A stretch of DNA of 64,000 nucleotides from Myxococcota bacterium (GTDB lineage Bacteria; Myxococcota_A; SURF-8; G963663525), in the NCBI GenBank assembly GCA_963676915.2, contig CAXXVK010000072.1:190359-254358 (forward strand), given 5' to 3'. This document shows, piece after piece, positions 1 through 11,608 of the stretch. Each line of letters opens with the position of its first letter. Position 1 is the stretch's first letter. The translations under genes and the position numbers were made by a program. The notes beneath the pieces were generated by a model. That model was not told the DNA's origin and made no database searches. It saw only the letters and a list, made by a program, of their open reading frames with translations.

Positions 1-1389
1 ATTACGAAGCTCCAGCAGTCCTGCCCCAAGGTTGCGAATCCGCAGTTCCTTGATACTGGCGTTCGAACTCCAGCGCAGTTCCTCGGGTGTGACTTCCACG
101 TCAGGAGGTACGGAACTGGCTGAAAACACGACGAAAACTTCCGGCTCGTCGGCGTCGTTTGTTGTCAAAACAATGGCGCCGTTATCGTCATCGAGGCTTT
201 CTCCCGGTTCGAAACGTACCGAAAGATCGAGACTTTCGTTTTCTTGTAACGTGACGGATTCCGGGGGTGTTTCTTCCCATGTGAAGGACTCCGTCGTCAG
301 GTCTTCGTCTAACGAAACGAGCATTTCCAGCGGCCAGCATCCGAGGTTTGTTACGGTGGTTGTGCGTACTTCGCTTTGTCCTGCAGGAACCGTGGAAAAG
401 TCAAGTACGATAGGAACCACATCGATCTCCGGTTCGCAGACCGTCACCGTTACCGGGACAACGTACCGGCTGTTGGTTTCGTCGTTGCTTTGGATGATCA
501 GATGGTCCGTATAGGTGCCCGGTCCCTCGGGAGTGAATCCAAGGTGAACCTCTTTCGTGCTGAATACAGGGATTTCCAAAGGATTGAGCTGGTTTATCGA
601 CTGCAACTCCAAGGGCAACTCGAAACCGCTGTTGCCGGGATTTTCTAGCTTGATCTGGAAAATCACCAATTCGCCTCCCCCCTGGTTTTCAAGGTCGAAA
701 GGCAGCTCTACACCAATGGAGCGCAACGTGCCGAAATCCAGAGGATCGGGGGAAACGGCGAGAATCGGTTGTTGCTTCACCGCGCTGCGTAACTGCACGG
801 TTGCTTTGGGCAAGATCGGGTCGTTGGTGGTGAGAATCCACTCGGCTTCCAGGTCATCTACACGGATTGGACGGAAAAAGACAGAAATCGTCCGTTCCTC
901 GGAAGGTGAGAGGGTGATTGGTGTTTCCGCAAGGATTTCCACGCCTTCTGCGCTTTCCGAAAGCTCCCATTCGGAAATTGTAAGGTCGGCTCCTCCGTAA
1001 TTGGTAATCAACAGGTCGGCTGTAGCGGAACCTCCATGGTTTACCGCGCCGAAATCCAACAGCGTCGGAGTCAGTACGATCCAGGGTGCGTCGGGGTCGC
1101 GCTCGATTACAGGTTCGGACTCGATAGCGTCATCATCGCCATCGGGATAAGCATCGACGGGATAATACGGAACCGTCGCCGTACAAAGGCCATCCACGCA
1201 AAACAAATCGTCGCCGCAGTCCGGGTTTTTCCGGCACATCGGGCGGCAGCCCTTTTCGTCGTCACAGGGCCAACCTGCCGGACAATTCTGACAATCCACC
1301 GTTTGAGTGCTTGCGGAATCGTCAGAGCAACCGCTCGAAAGCAGTATCCAAACCCACACTATTGCCGTTATCCATAGATATCGTTTCAT
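1..1389 (-). CDS. Lipoprotein with Cys-rich N-terminus and tandem ASH/choice-of-anchor-D-like Ig domains (runs off the window start)
   Basis: Not in the ORF track because it has no stop in the window. Read by hand from ATG 1389: MKRYLWITAIVWVWILLSSGC (lipobox), a Cys-rich segment, a DGDDD linker, then repeats of the form P..LDFG.V...L.I.N.G...L.I....TND. Confidence 0.75.
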   Translation of the reverse strand, partial: MKRYLWITAIVWVWILLSSGCSDDSASTQTVDCQNCPAGWPCDDEKGCRPMCRKNPDCGDDLFCVDGLCTATVPYYPVDAYPDGDDDAIESEPVIERDPDAPWIVLTPTLLDFGAVNHGGSATADLLITNYGGADLTISEWELSESAEGVEILAETPITLSPSEERTISVFFRPIRVDDLEAEWILTTNDPILPKATVQLRSAVKQQPILAVSPDPLDFGTLRSIGVELPFDLENQGGGELVIFQIKLENPGNSGFELPLELQSINQLNPLEIPVFSTKEVHLGFTPEGPGTYTDHLIIQSNDETNSRYVVPVTVTVCEPEIDVVPIVLDFSTVPAGQSEVRTTTVTNLGCWPLEMLVSLDEDLTTESFTWEETPPESVTLQENESLDLSVRFEPGESLDDDNGAIVLTTNDADEPEVFVVFSASSVPPDVEVTPEELRWSSNASIKELRIRNLGAGLLELRN

Positions 1390-1688
1390 TATTCGCTGGT
1401 TCCGATTGAAGTGATTCTTTCCGAGTCGAATCCGATTCGATCGGTAAAAACCACCCAAAGTTGTTTTCATCCACTCCGCGTCAAAAGAACAGTATACCGA
1501 TTCCCGGCTTTTCGAGCAATTCCACAATGTAAAATTCGAAAACCTGAAGATGGTCAACAAACCTCACCAAGAATTCTTCATAAGTTGTGCGGCGTAGCCG
1601 ACTGCGGTACACTCCCCAAAATTTTCTAATGCCTTTAAATGATCGGGAAACGAAACGGTTGCGATGGTCCCGATAGGTCGAGGTACAC

Positions 1689-3950
1689 ATGAGTATTCGT
1701 TGGATGGTAGGTTTGTGGTCGTGTTTGTGTCTTGGATTCTTTGCCTGTTCGGACAACTCGGAATCCAACCCTCAGTCCGATGGAGACAACGACATGGAAG
1801 CGGACATGGAACGGGAGATCGACTATTCTCTGGCTCCGGTTCAGGACTGGCAAAAAGAGAGAGAAGAAGCATTTTTGAAATTCTCCTGCGATAACGGGGA
1901 GGTGTCCGCCAGCATCGGTGCGCTTTTGGCCCGTCTGGAATGTGCTCAACGCTGGGAAGGTTACGAGGTGCCGGACGGCGCTTTGGCTGACGATATTTTC
2001 GATAGCACGTACGAAAAAATGTTTCGGCTCAAAGATACGAGCGATTTCAATGCGATGCGTTTCGTCAACCTTTTGTACGCTCACCGGGGACATCCCGTGA
2101 TGAGTGAAACCGCCTGGACCAAACTCGAAGACAACATGCTGGATTTCAAGTACTGGTTCACAGATCCGACACCCGAACGGGAATGGGAGGGAGAGCCGGT
2201 GATCGACAACATGTGGTACTGGTCCGAAAACCACGTGCTGATCTTTCGTGCCAGTGAATTCCTGATGGGTCAGAAGTACCCGGAACGCATTTTCGGCGTA
2301 ACGGGTGAGACGGGAGCCTGGCATCGGGATCGTGCCCGGACGGAAATTCTCTCCTGGGTCGAGGAGCGGATGCGGTGGGGCTTCACCGAGTGGCATTCCG
2401 ATGTTTATTACAACTGGGACATGATACCGCTGCTTTCGTTGATCGAGTGGTCCGAGGATGAAGAAGTCGCGTTTCGTGCAGCCCAGGCGCTCGATTTATT
2501 CTTGCTCGATGTCGCCTTGCATCTGCATCGGGGAAACATGGGAGTGACCCACGGACGTTCGTACATCAAGGACAAGCCTGCCGCCGTCAAGCAAGATGTT
2601 TTCGATACGGCAAAACTCTTTTTTAATGATACCCCGCTGGAGTTCCGCTCGGTGTCGTCTACTGCGGCGGCATTGATCGCGCGTGGAAGCAAGTACGCTT
2701 TACCCCAGGCGATTCGGGATATCGCCAACTGGGATGAGCCGATGGTGGACCGCGAGCGGATGAATCCTCCGCTGGATGAAACGCCGCCGGAGAACTGGGA
2801 CGATCCCATACCAGAAAACCCGCTAGGGATTTCCTACACGGATGAAAGCACGATACCGCTTTGGTGGTCAATGAGTGCGTTTACCACCTGGCCGTTGTTG
2901 CCGATGACGTTGGACGTTGCGGATCGATACGGATTGTGGGACGGTCCGTTCAAAGATTTCTCAATGGTGCGCGATCTTGTGGGACTTGGCGCGTCGGACG
3001 ATCCCCCGATGAAGCTCGTTCATCCGTTTTATCTTACGCTGTATCCCGTGTTGGGTGGCGGGTTGCTTACGGAAGTCAACACCATTACCTATCGTGATGC
3101 CCATGTAATGCTTTCTTCCGCACTCGATTACCGTCCGGGACTGGCGGCCAATCAGGCGCATCATTGGCAGGCGACGTTGTCCGAATCCGCTGTGGTGTTC
3201 ACCACTCATCCCGCCTATCTCCCGATGGAGGAAGGCGAGGCCGTTCCCGAGGATTGGAACTGGCAGAAAGAAGACGAACCCGGTCCCGGTTACTGGACCG
3301 GCAATGCCTCGCGACCTCGCAGTGCTCAGCATGGAACGGCGGGGATTCACATCTACGCCCCGCAATACCAGCCGAAACCTCTGGGGCAATCTGTTTTCGA
3401 CTACCGCGATGAGACGCACGCGTATTTCCCACATGCTCATTTCGATACGGTCGAACAGGAGGGAAACTGGACCTTCGGTCAAAAAGACGATGGTTATGTG
3501 GCGCTGTATTCTTACCTTCCGACGAGTTGGCGGGAAGGTCAGCCGGAGGTTTTCGAAAACCAAAATCTTCCTTTCGATCTCGTAGCGGCCGGCAGTGCTT
3601 CGAACGTATGGATCGTCGAGGTGGGGAGCGTGGATGGCTTCGGATCGTTCGAAGCATTCAAGCAGGCAATTTTAGCAGCCGTGGTAAACGTAACACCCAA
3701 CGGCGATACGAATGAAGATAGCTTGGACGACGGGTTCGATGTGTCGTATGCTTCCCCTTCACAGGGAACGATGACGTTCGGTTGGGACAAGCCGTTGATG
3801 GTTGACGGTCAAGAGGTGCAACAAGCCGATTTCAAACGGTTCGACAATCTTTTCGTACAAGCGGAATTCGATTCGGGACGGTATGAAATCACGGTAGGCG
3901 AGAAACATCTGACGCTTGATCACGCTCGGGTGATTCGGGACTTCGATTGA
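1689..3950 (+). CDS. Uncharacterised 753-aa lipoprotein, possibly a polysaccharide-lyase/heparinase-like fold
   Basis: Long ORF with lipobox FFAC and an acidic linker (SDGDNDMEADMERE). Conserved-looking motifs WSENH, GFTEWHSDVYY and THGRSY. The fold is only a guess. Confidence 0.6.
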   Translation: MSIRWMVGLWSCLCLGFFACSDNSESNPQSDGDNDMEADMEREIDYSLAPVQDWQKEREEAFLKFSCDNGEVSASIGALLARLECAQRWEGYEVPDGALADDIFDSTYEKMFRLKDTSDFNAMRFVNLLYAHRGHPVMSETAWTKLEDNMLDFKYWFTDPTPEREWEGEPVIDNMWYWSENHVLIFRASEFLMGQKYPERIFGVTGETGAWHRDRARTEILSWVEERMRWGFTEWHSDVYYNWDMIPLLSLIEWSEDEEVAFRAAQALDLFLLDVALHLHRGNMGVTHGRSYIKDKPAAVKQDVFDTAKLFFNDTPLEFRSVSSTAAALIARGSKYALPQAIRDIANWDEPMVDRERMNPPLDETPPENWDDPIPENPLGISYTDESTIPLWWSMSAFTTWPLLPMTLDVADRYGLWDGPFKDFSMVRDLVGLGASDDPPMKLVHPFYLTLYPVLGGGLLTEVNTITYRDAHVMLSSALDYRPGLAANQAHHWQATLSESAVVFTTHPAYLPMEEGEAVPEDWNWQKEDEPGPGYWTGNASRPRSAQHGTAGIHIYAPQYQPKPLGQSVFDYRDETHAYFPHAHFDTVEQEGNWTFGQKDDGYVALYSYLPTSWREGQPEVFENQNLPFDLVAAGSASNVWIVEVGSVDGFGSFEAFKQAILAAVVNVTPNGDTNEDSLDDGFDVSYASPSQGTMTFGWDKPLMVDGQEVQQADFKRFDNLFVQAEFDSGRYEITVGEKHLTLDHARVIRDFD

Positions 3951-4089
3951 TTTCCCCGATGCCTTGATTCGTACTGCTTATTACCGAATCGGATCGGAAC
4001 GTCACAAATAGTGAGGAATCGTGCTGAATTCCAACTCGACGCTTTATCGTTGTTGGCACTCTGGGAAGTGTGCCGTTTCGGACTTTGTC

Positions 4090-5091
4090 TCAGAAGTGAA
4101 GCCCCAATGAAAAGTAAGGAATTCCAAACGGTAAGGATCTCCCAATTCCATTGAAGTAGGATTTGGAGATCGGCAAGATAAACCCGAGATCGCCAAAGAT
4201 GACATCGCCGACAATAGTCTCGCCGTGTCCGCGAAGACCGTAATTCAATAACCATAGACGACAGTTTTTTGCCTTTTTGTCTTTTAGATTGAACACGGGA
4301 GCGATGTTGGTCTGAAAGGACCATTTACGGTGGACTTCGGCACGATAGCCCAAGGCAGGCATCAACAGGACGAGTTTATAATTATACCAGGAATCAAAAT
4401 AATGACCTCCTGACATCGAACTGATGCTCAGGTTGATCAGATGCTTTCCAAAAAGGAAACTTGCCGCAGAGTAGCCCCCGGCGGTCCAAGCGAACCCGCC
4501 ATCTTTTCTAGGAAATATCGCAGGTATTCCGGCAAATCCGCCGAAAGCCAGATACATGGAGTCGGAGACGGCCCCATGTATTTTGAAAGTAGGTATGATC
4601 GTGAGAAATACAGGCGGTAGCGTAGAAATGATACCCAACTGCACGTTTTCATGAACGCCATATTCAAAGTTCAAACACCGCTATCATATACGCGGTCGCT
4701 GTGCTGTGGCCTTTTTCGATTCCGATGGCTGTTGGAGTGTAAACGATCCGATCCCGAGTGGTGACGACGTTTCTTTTTTCCTCTTTTTCGTTTTCGGTGG
4801 TTTCTATGGGAGGTTCTTCTTCTATTGGAACGTTTCTTCTTCCGGTTTGGCCTCTTTTATCGTGATCTGACACAAAGGCTCAGCGTGTAACGTTTTGGCT
4901 ATGGCAAGCGGCAGGCAGCCGGACGGACACTCGGGAAGCGTTTCGGGGGGCGTCATTTTCTGCGTTTCGACGGTGGCTTCGGGTACGCAAGCGGGTGGAC
5001 ACTCCGGGCAGTCGGGGCGTTCGTCCGCCCAGGCTGCCAATGTTCGACTTACAATCATCAATACAACAATTATGGATGAAAGTTGGTTCAC
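4090..5091 (-). CDS. Exported protein with CPECP N-terminal region and probable outer-membrane beta-barrel (paralog 1; two frameshifts)
   Basis: Fragments 4822-5091, 4664-4873 and 4090-4674 join into one protein collinear with the neighbouring paralog. Signal peptide present; C-terminus PYFSLGLHF resembles a beta-signal. Confidence 0.6.
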
Positions 5092-5147
5092 ATTCCCTCA
5101 TGTCGGATGAAAAATGGAAAAACTGCCACTCCTTAGGTCACGATAGG

Positions 5148-6114
5148 TCAGAAATGGAATCCCAGAGAAAAATATGGGATACCCAGAGGGAAGTATCTCC
5201 ACACATGGTCTAAAAAGCTTTTCACGAGTGGCATAGTGAAGCCGAGATCGCCGAAAAACAGGTCGCCGTGGCCTCGAACGCCGTAATTCAGTAGCCAGAA
5301 GTCCTCGCTTTCCAGCTTTTTTGCTTTCACGATCAGAAGGGGACTCAATTCGGTTTGAAAAGGACCAGTTGCGGTGCATTTCCAATCGGTATCCCAAAGA
5401 GGGAACCAACAGCGCTTCTTCTGCACCATACCATCCGTATTCGGTTGAGACTCCTGCCGACATAGCACTGAAACTGATGTTGATCAGATGTTTACCGCTT
5501 ACGAAACTGGCGACGCCTTGTCCGCCACCCAAAAAAACGGAACCACCAGATCCCGCGTAAGAAAGAAGGCAGCCTCCGAAACCGCCGATGGATAAATGCA
5601 GGTAATCGGTAACAGCACCATGAAATTTAACGGTAGGTATGATTCCTATGATGGATATTGGCAGGACGGTTACGACACCTGCTTGAAGGTTTTCATGAAA
5701 GCCATATTCGAAATCCCAGGCCGCTGCGATGTATCCGGTGATGGTCGCTTCACCTTTTTTTAGTCCAACCGCTGATGGGTTGAAAATAAGCCTGTGACGA
5801 GTCGATTCCACATTTCGCTTTTCTTTTTTCTTGGTGGGTTTTTTTCTTGAAGATGTCGTTTTTTGAGGTTGGGTTTCATTCGTTGTGATTTGACAAGCGG
5901 GTTCGTCGAGCATCAACTTGACCGATCCCAGCGGTATACAACCCGAAGGACATTCCGGGAGGTTCTCGGGTAAGGGGGTTTTTTGTATATCGACATAAGC
6001 GTCTGGCACGCAGTTGGAAGGGCATTCCGGGCAGGCGGGAAGTCTGCCCGCCCATGCGGGAAGGGTCAGGCCGAAAATCAGTGTTGTTACCAAGCAGAAA
6101 AACAGTTTTTGCAA
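5148..6114 (-). CDS. Exported protein with CPECP N-terminal region and probable beta-barrel (paralog 2; one frameshift near 5360)
   Basis: TTG start at 6114 after a GGAGG SD. Reads LPACPECPSNCVP...LPECPSGCIPL; the C-terminal fragment ends PYFSLGFHF. Clear similarity to 4090-5091. Confidence 0.6.
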
Positions 6115-6146
6115 ATTTCCTCCAATCGAACATAAACAATACAACA

Positions 6147-8912
6147 TCACAAGTCCTGTGCCACTATGTGTAATCGTCGCTGCTGATCGGGTCCGTTGTT
6201 GTTTGCCTGAACGATTTCCGTATAGTTTTCGCCGGTATGCGGGTCTGTCGAGTCGATTTCCAAGGTTTCGATTCGTATCACGATGGGATAGTCGTAGGGT
6301 ACGAGGTCTTGCGGAATATCCCATGGAATGTTCACGTCTTGTACAGCGGGGTAGGGGGCGACCGTAACCGTTGCATCGCCGATTTTCACGAGCGATCCGT
6401 GAAACTCCTCGCCAAAACCTTCCAGGTCCAGTCGTCCGTCGTCGTCGTCGGAGAGATCCCATGGAGTCGATTCGTAAAATATTTCCACAAGAGCACGGTC
6501 GGCGGCGATATCTCCCAGGTTACGGATCGAGGCGGAGATGTTCACCGAACTTCCCCTTACCGGTGTTTCAGAGTCGAATACGATATCCGTGACGTTGACC
6601 GTCAGGTCCGGTGCGGTGGAGCGGAAACGCTCACCCGTGACGACGGCGTTGTCAGGCGGGTTCGTAGCGTTGCCGATCTGTGACTGGAAGTAGTCTCGTA
6701 GCCCTTTCCAGGCTAGCATGTGAGTGTCGATAAAAGGTTCTCCCGTTTCGGACTGCACGACGACGGGGCGTACCGTCTCGCCGGTTTCCGGGTCTTTTGC
6801 AGAGATGATGAAGTTGAAAATATAGCTCAAATTGGTGCCCAGAGAATTGCACCATGGCCAGACGATAGGTGCGGGTCGGGGTCGATCGGTTCGCCACCGA
6901 CCCGGATGGAGTCGGAGTCGATGCGCTGAAAGTACGGTGCGTTGAGATCCACTTTGTAATCCATCATACCCGAAAGCTGGATGACATCCAGTTTGAAATC
7001 CGAAGCCAGACCACCGGGGAGAATTTCGTCGATCATCGCCATGGAATAAACCAGTTCTGTGACGTATTCGGTGGCGGTGACCTGCTTTTTCATGCTTTCT
7101 TCGTTTTCCATCAGCGTGAAATCATACAGTCCGGGTTGCATTTCGAGAATCACCAGCGGTTCGTCGTTGATTCCTTCATCGTCGAGTTGATGAAGCGGAA
7201 CGATATCGTAAATTTCATCCTCGGTGATGTCCCCCGCGACGAGGTCGCCCCGGTAAATGGAAGGCACGCCCATGGCTACGTCACAAGGGATATTCTCTTC
7301 GTTCAATTTCCACAAAAAAGCGTCCGAAATGATTTGCCCCAAACCACTTTGTGCGCCCATTCGGTGGCTGAGATCGATGGGAAAACGTTCCAATCACATT
7401 GTCGAAAGGATGGGTATATTTTTCATCCACTTTGTCTTTGAGTTTCTGAACCTCTTCCAGAATTTCCGCATCGTCGGGGATGCGGTCGTCTACCTGAATC
7501 AGGTGGTAGTCAAGCAGCGTCATGGCGTCGGTTTCGGTGTCGATTTCCAGCGCCATCGCGGCGACGAACTCCCCCGGCTTCTTTGGCCTGAGAAAGATAC
7601 GTAAGCCCACCGGCCCGGATTGGTCACGGAAATGGGGTGATTCAACTGAACATGGGAATAGTGCCGAGAGGATCAGGTCCACCGAACGGCCCTGATTCGC
7701 TGCCTTTGAGCGTAGCGCGCAATCGCTTCGTCCTTTCCCGGCGGAATGTTTTACACGATCGCCGAAACCCAACCCGGCGTGACTAGTGACGATCACCACG
7801 TCCGCGCCTTCGGTGTCCAGGCTGTCGATTCCCTGGTTGACGTACTTGGATTCGCGGGGATCGGGATTGTAGAATTCCATGTTCTGAGAGTAGGTCGTGG
7901 GTGCGCCGATGATCTGGTAAAGGAAAGGATTTCCGGCAACTTGCGTGTAAATGGCGGCGTCCGTCACTACGCCCAGAAGTCCGATTTTGATGCCGCCTTT
8001 TTCTAAAACGAGCGTCTGGTTTATAACGGGCATCGTTGGAGGTATTGCCGAAGTTCGTTTCGAACTTCGGGATAAGGTCGGCGTATTGGGATTTGAGGGT
8101 TTCCGGGTTCACGCTGCCCCAGATAAAGCGCATCGGCGAGCCTTGCAAAGTCCCGGTGAAATCCGGCATTGCACCTTCCACCTGTTCGTCGAGAAACGGA
8201 GTGCCGAAATGATAGTCGTGGTTGCCAAGTTGCAGCACGTCCACGCCCATTGCATCGAACAACCGGTAAAACGTGCTGATGCCTCCCTCGACATTGTGGA
8301 ACATCGTGTTCTCGAAGTCGTCGCCGGAATTGACAATCAGCGTCGGGATGCCTTTTTTGTCGTTCATTCTACGGATTTCTTTAAAAATCGTCGCCAGTCG
8401 CGCCAGTCCTCCCAGCGAACCAGAAACGCTCCGCCGGGGAAGAACCCGAGAATGCCAGTCGTTGATTTCGAGGATGCATAGCGGGCGGCTTTGATCCGAT
8501 GCCGGTTTGTAGGAGAAAATACGGAACAACATCGGCACCAGTCGCCGGTCGCCATCCCGCACTTCAATCAGCGCCGTTCCGCTCTCTTGTCCCAGTTGTA
8601 AAGAAACATGAGCCAGCCCGTCGTTGTCGGTAACGACGTTTTCCGAAGAAAGTACGATGTCCTGGACCGTGCTCATTCCTTCACCTGCAAGCAGGCGAAA
8701 TTGCACCGTAATGCCGGGGATGCCTTGACCGGAATCATTGACGGCCTGGACCACGAGGTCATCCAGCAGATCACCGTGAAAGCCGCTCTGGAAATTCCCG
8801 GAAGTACCGACAAATTTCGTTGCAACGTTGCTTTTGGAGTCGTTCGCATCCGAACAGGCACAACACAGAAGCAGCAAAGCGACGATCCATTCCAGGTTTG
8901 CAGGCGATTCAT
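6147..8912 (-). CDS. Bifunctional metallophosphatase/5'-nucleotidase lipoprotein with Ig-like and CARDB-like domains (multiply frameshifted)
   Basis: Calcineurin-like motifs NDWH, SGDD, GNHD and SHAG. A 5'-nucleotidase C-terminal part (GLGQIISDAF, YRGDL..GDIT) and a C-terminal PDL.V..I...RNLG domain are spread over at least four ORF fragments. Confidence 0.7.
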
Positions 8913-9091
8913 GGAACTTTCCCTTTTCCCCGTCGATTCGAATGGGCGTTTTTCGCCATTCGTTTACATGATCTTGGTTTTTTTGACAGGTGTGCGCGGT
9001 CCTTGACTATGATTCGTACCCTGATTTAGAGATCTTGTCAAACGGAACCGGGGAAAGAGGGAATGTCGTTTGCTTTACTGCAAACCAAATC

Positions 9092-10854
9092 TCAGTCGCT
9101 GAAGAAGCGGGGGAAGCGTGATTTCATCCATGGCTCGACGGTTTCGAGCACTTCCTCAACCGTGTGGCCGTCCAGTGCCTGCGTGAAGAGATTTTCGGCT
9201 TCTTGGCGGTGGGAATCGCGAATCAGGCCGCGAATGAACGGAATGCTCGAAGCCGCCATGCCGATTTCATCGATACCTGCACCGATCAATAACTGTGTAT
9301 ATAAGGGATCGCTGCCGATTTCACCGCATAGCGCAACGGGAATTCCTGCGTCTTTGCCTGCCTGGCAGATTTGAGAAATAAGTCGCAATACCGCAGGGTG
9401 TAAAGGGCTGTATAGGTAGGCTAGCGCTTGGGAATCTCGATCGACGGCCAGCGTATACTGTACGAGGTCGTTGGTGCCTATCGAGAAGAAATCGCATTCG
9501 GTCGCGAGTCGGTCGGCTACGATACCCGCCGAGGCGGTTTCGATCATCAGTCCTATCGGCGTATCCTGGTTGAAAATAACGCCGCACCGTTCGAGGCTTT
9601 CCTTAGCGCGCTCGATCAGTCGTTTGAGTTCACGTACTTCACCTACGCCGGTAATCATCGGCAGCAGCAGACGCACCGGTCCCACTGCGGAAACTCGTAA
9701 AATGGCGCGGACCTGCGCTTCCAGCCATTCCGGGTGCAGGCGGGCGGTTCGGACGCCTCGGGTTCCCAGGATCGGGTTACGCTCGTCTGCGAACGGCCAG
9801 TACTGCGGCTTTTTGTCACCGCCGAGATCCTGTGTTCGGATCGTGACGGTTCGCCCTTCGGCGCCTTCCACCAGCTTTCGATAGCAGGAATAATGTTCTT
9901 CCTCGTCGGGAGGACGCTTCCGGTCTATGAACATGAACTCCGTACGGAACAGCGTGACGGCATCCGCACCGAAGGTTTCGAGGTTCGCCAGTTTTTCCAC
10001 CGAGGCGAGGTTCGCACCCAGTTGGATGTGTGTTCCATCGATGGTTTTCGCGGGAGCGGTCTTGCCGTTAAGCAACTCTAATGCTAGGGAATTCCAGCGG
10101 TTACGCCTGCTTTCGTAGTGGTCTCGCTGTTTTTTTTTGTGGGATCGACTACAACCCGTCCACGGCCACCGTCCACAATTACGGGAGTGGAATCGTGGAT
10201 TTCATCCAGCGCATTATGAACGCCCAAAACCGTCGGAATTCCAAGCGATTGGGCGATAATCGCCACATGGCTGGCGCGTCCGCCTTTTTCAAGGACGATA
10301 CCGGCGATTTTTGTCTTGTAAAACAACGTCGTTTCCGCCGGAGATAGATTCTCGGCCACGACAATCGCATTTTCCGGAATATCCGACAGGCTTCGAGACG
10401 GAATCCCCATAAGTTGATCGAAAACGTGTCGTGTCGATTGATGGAGATCCGTGGTTCGTTCCTGCAACGTTTCGTTGGGGTTGCTGGAAAACACCGTTTC
10501 CAGATCGCGAACGGTGTTTTCCAATGCCCATTCCGCATTCAACAGGCGTGAGCGAATTTTTTCGCGGGTTCCGTCGAGAAGAATGGGATCTTGAAGCATC
10601 AAAAAATGAGCTTGCAGAATATCGTAATGATTCCTGGACGTTCTGGAATCGATTTTTCCGATTATGTTTTCAAGGTGAGCGGTGGCTTCGGTTACGGAGT
10701 TTTCGAAGCGTAAAAGTTCGTCTTTGACGGAGGATTTTTCAATATGGTAGCGCTTGAAACCTCGTTGCTCGCATTGCAAGCTAAAGGCGTTTCCCATGCC
10801 GATTCCCGCCGAGGCGGCGATTCCGGTAAGTCTTTTGCCGGGATTCCGTTTCAA
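9092..10854 (-). CDS. ptsI: Phosphoenolpyruvate-protein phosphotransferase (PTS enzyme I), frameshifted at an A9 run (10130-10138)
   Basis: GIAASAGIG, phospho-His motif ASHVAI, LFRTEF, E.NPILG.RG, FFSIGTNDLVQY and CGE. One extra A in the homopolymer joins the two halves. Confidence 0.9.
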
Positions 10855-11580
10855 TCACTCCTCCCCGAATCCTTCTTCGAACAAACGGCAGACTTCTTTG
10901 AGCATGGCGGATGCTTCGGGGCCGGATGCTCTGAGCAACAGTTTCGTTCCTTTGGAGGCAGCCAGCATCATCACGCTGGTGATCGATTTGCCGCTGACTT
11001 CCATGCCGTCTCTTTCCAACGTGAGAGTGCTTTCGTAACGATTGGCAACGTTGACGAGCTTTGCAGAGGCCGAGGCATGCAATCCCAACGTGTTGATGAC
11101 TTCCACCTGTCGTTCTAGTACTTCCTTTTCATTCATCACATTTTCGTCATCCTGAACGATGCTCGTGCTCCCGATAGGATCGGCAAAGTTTATACCGCTG
11201 ATGCTTTCGATGGCCGAGCATCCGGCTTCGGCGGCAATTTTTGCCAATTCTCCAGGATTCAATTTTTTTCGATTTGACTCGAAAATTTTGATCAACATCG
11301 CCAGGTTGATGCCTGTAACCATAGCGTTTCGAGTCTGGTTGAGCATCGTACGAGCCACGTTGGCAGGGGTTCCGCCGTAGATGTCCACAAGAAAAAGGAC
11401 GCCTTGACCTTTGTCCACTTCTTTGACCGCTTGAAGGGCATCTTTACGCAAGGTTGCAAAATCGGTATCCACCTGCTGCGAGAGTACACGAACGCCTGCT
11501 TGTGTTCCACAGAGGCGTTGAGCCGTCTCCAATAACGTGTCTCCCAGGTTCAAATGGGTCAGCAGGATCACTCCGACCAT
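10855..11580 (-). CDS. Fused PTS EIIA (mannose-type) and HPr protein
   Basis: N-terminal VILLTH...DIYGGTP...GINLAML (EIIA-Man); C-terminal NTLGLHASASAKLV...GKSI (HPr His15 and Ser46 equivalents). One continuous ORF. Confidence 0.8.
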   Translation of the reverse strand: MVGVILLTHLNLGDTLLETAQRLCGTQAGVRVLSQQVDTDFATLRKDALQAVKEVDKGQGVLFLVDIYGGTPANVARTMLNQTRNAMVTGINLAMLIKIFESNRKKLNPGELAKIAAEAGCSAIESISGINFADPIGSTSIVQDDENVMNEKEVLERQVEVINTLGLHASASAKLVNVANRYESTLTLERDGMEVSGKSITSVMMLAASKGTKLLLRASGPEASAMLKEVCRLFEEGFGEE

Positions 11581-11608
11581 GTTTTTGGGCTCCCTTCCAC
11601 GAGACGAA

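Noticed and set aside
32-1377. Plus-strand ORFs at the window start
   Set aside because: They are shadows of the open minus-strand lipoprotein frame 1389 to 1.
10130-10138. Programmed frameshift or phase variation in ptsI
   Set aside because: Neighbouring genes carry many indels, so sequencing error is more parsimonious.
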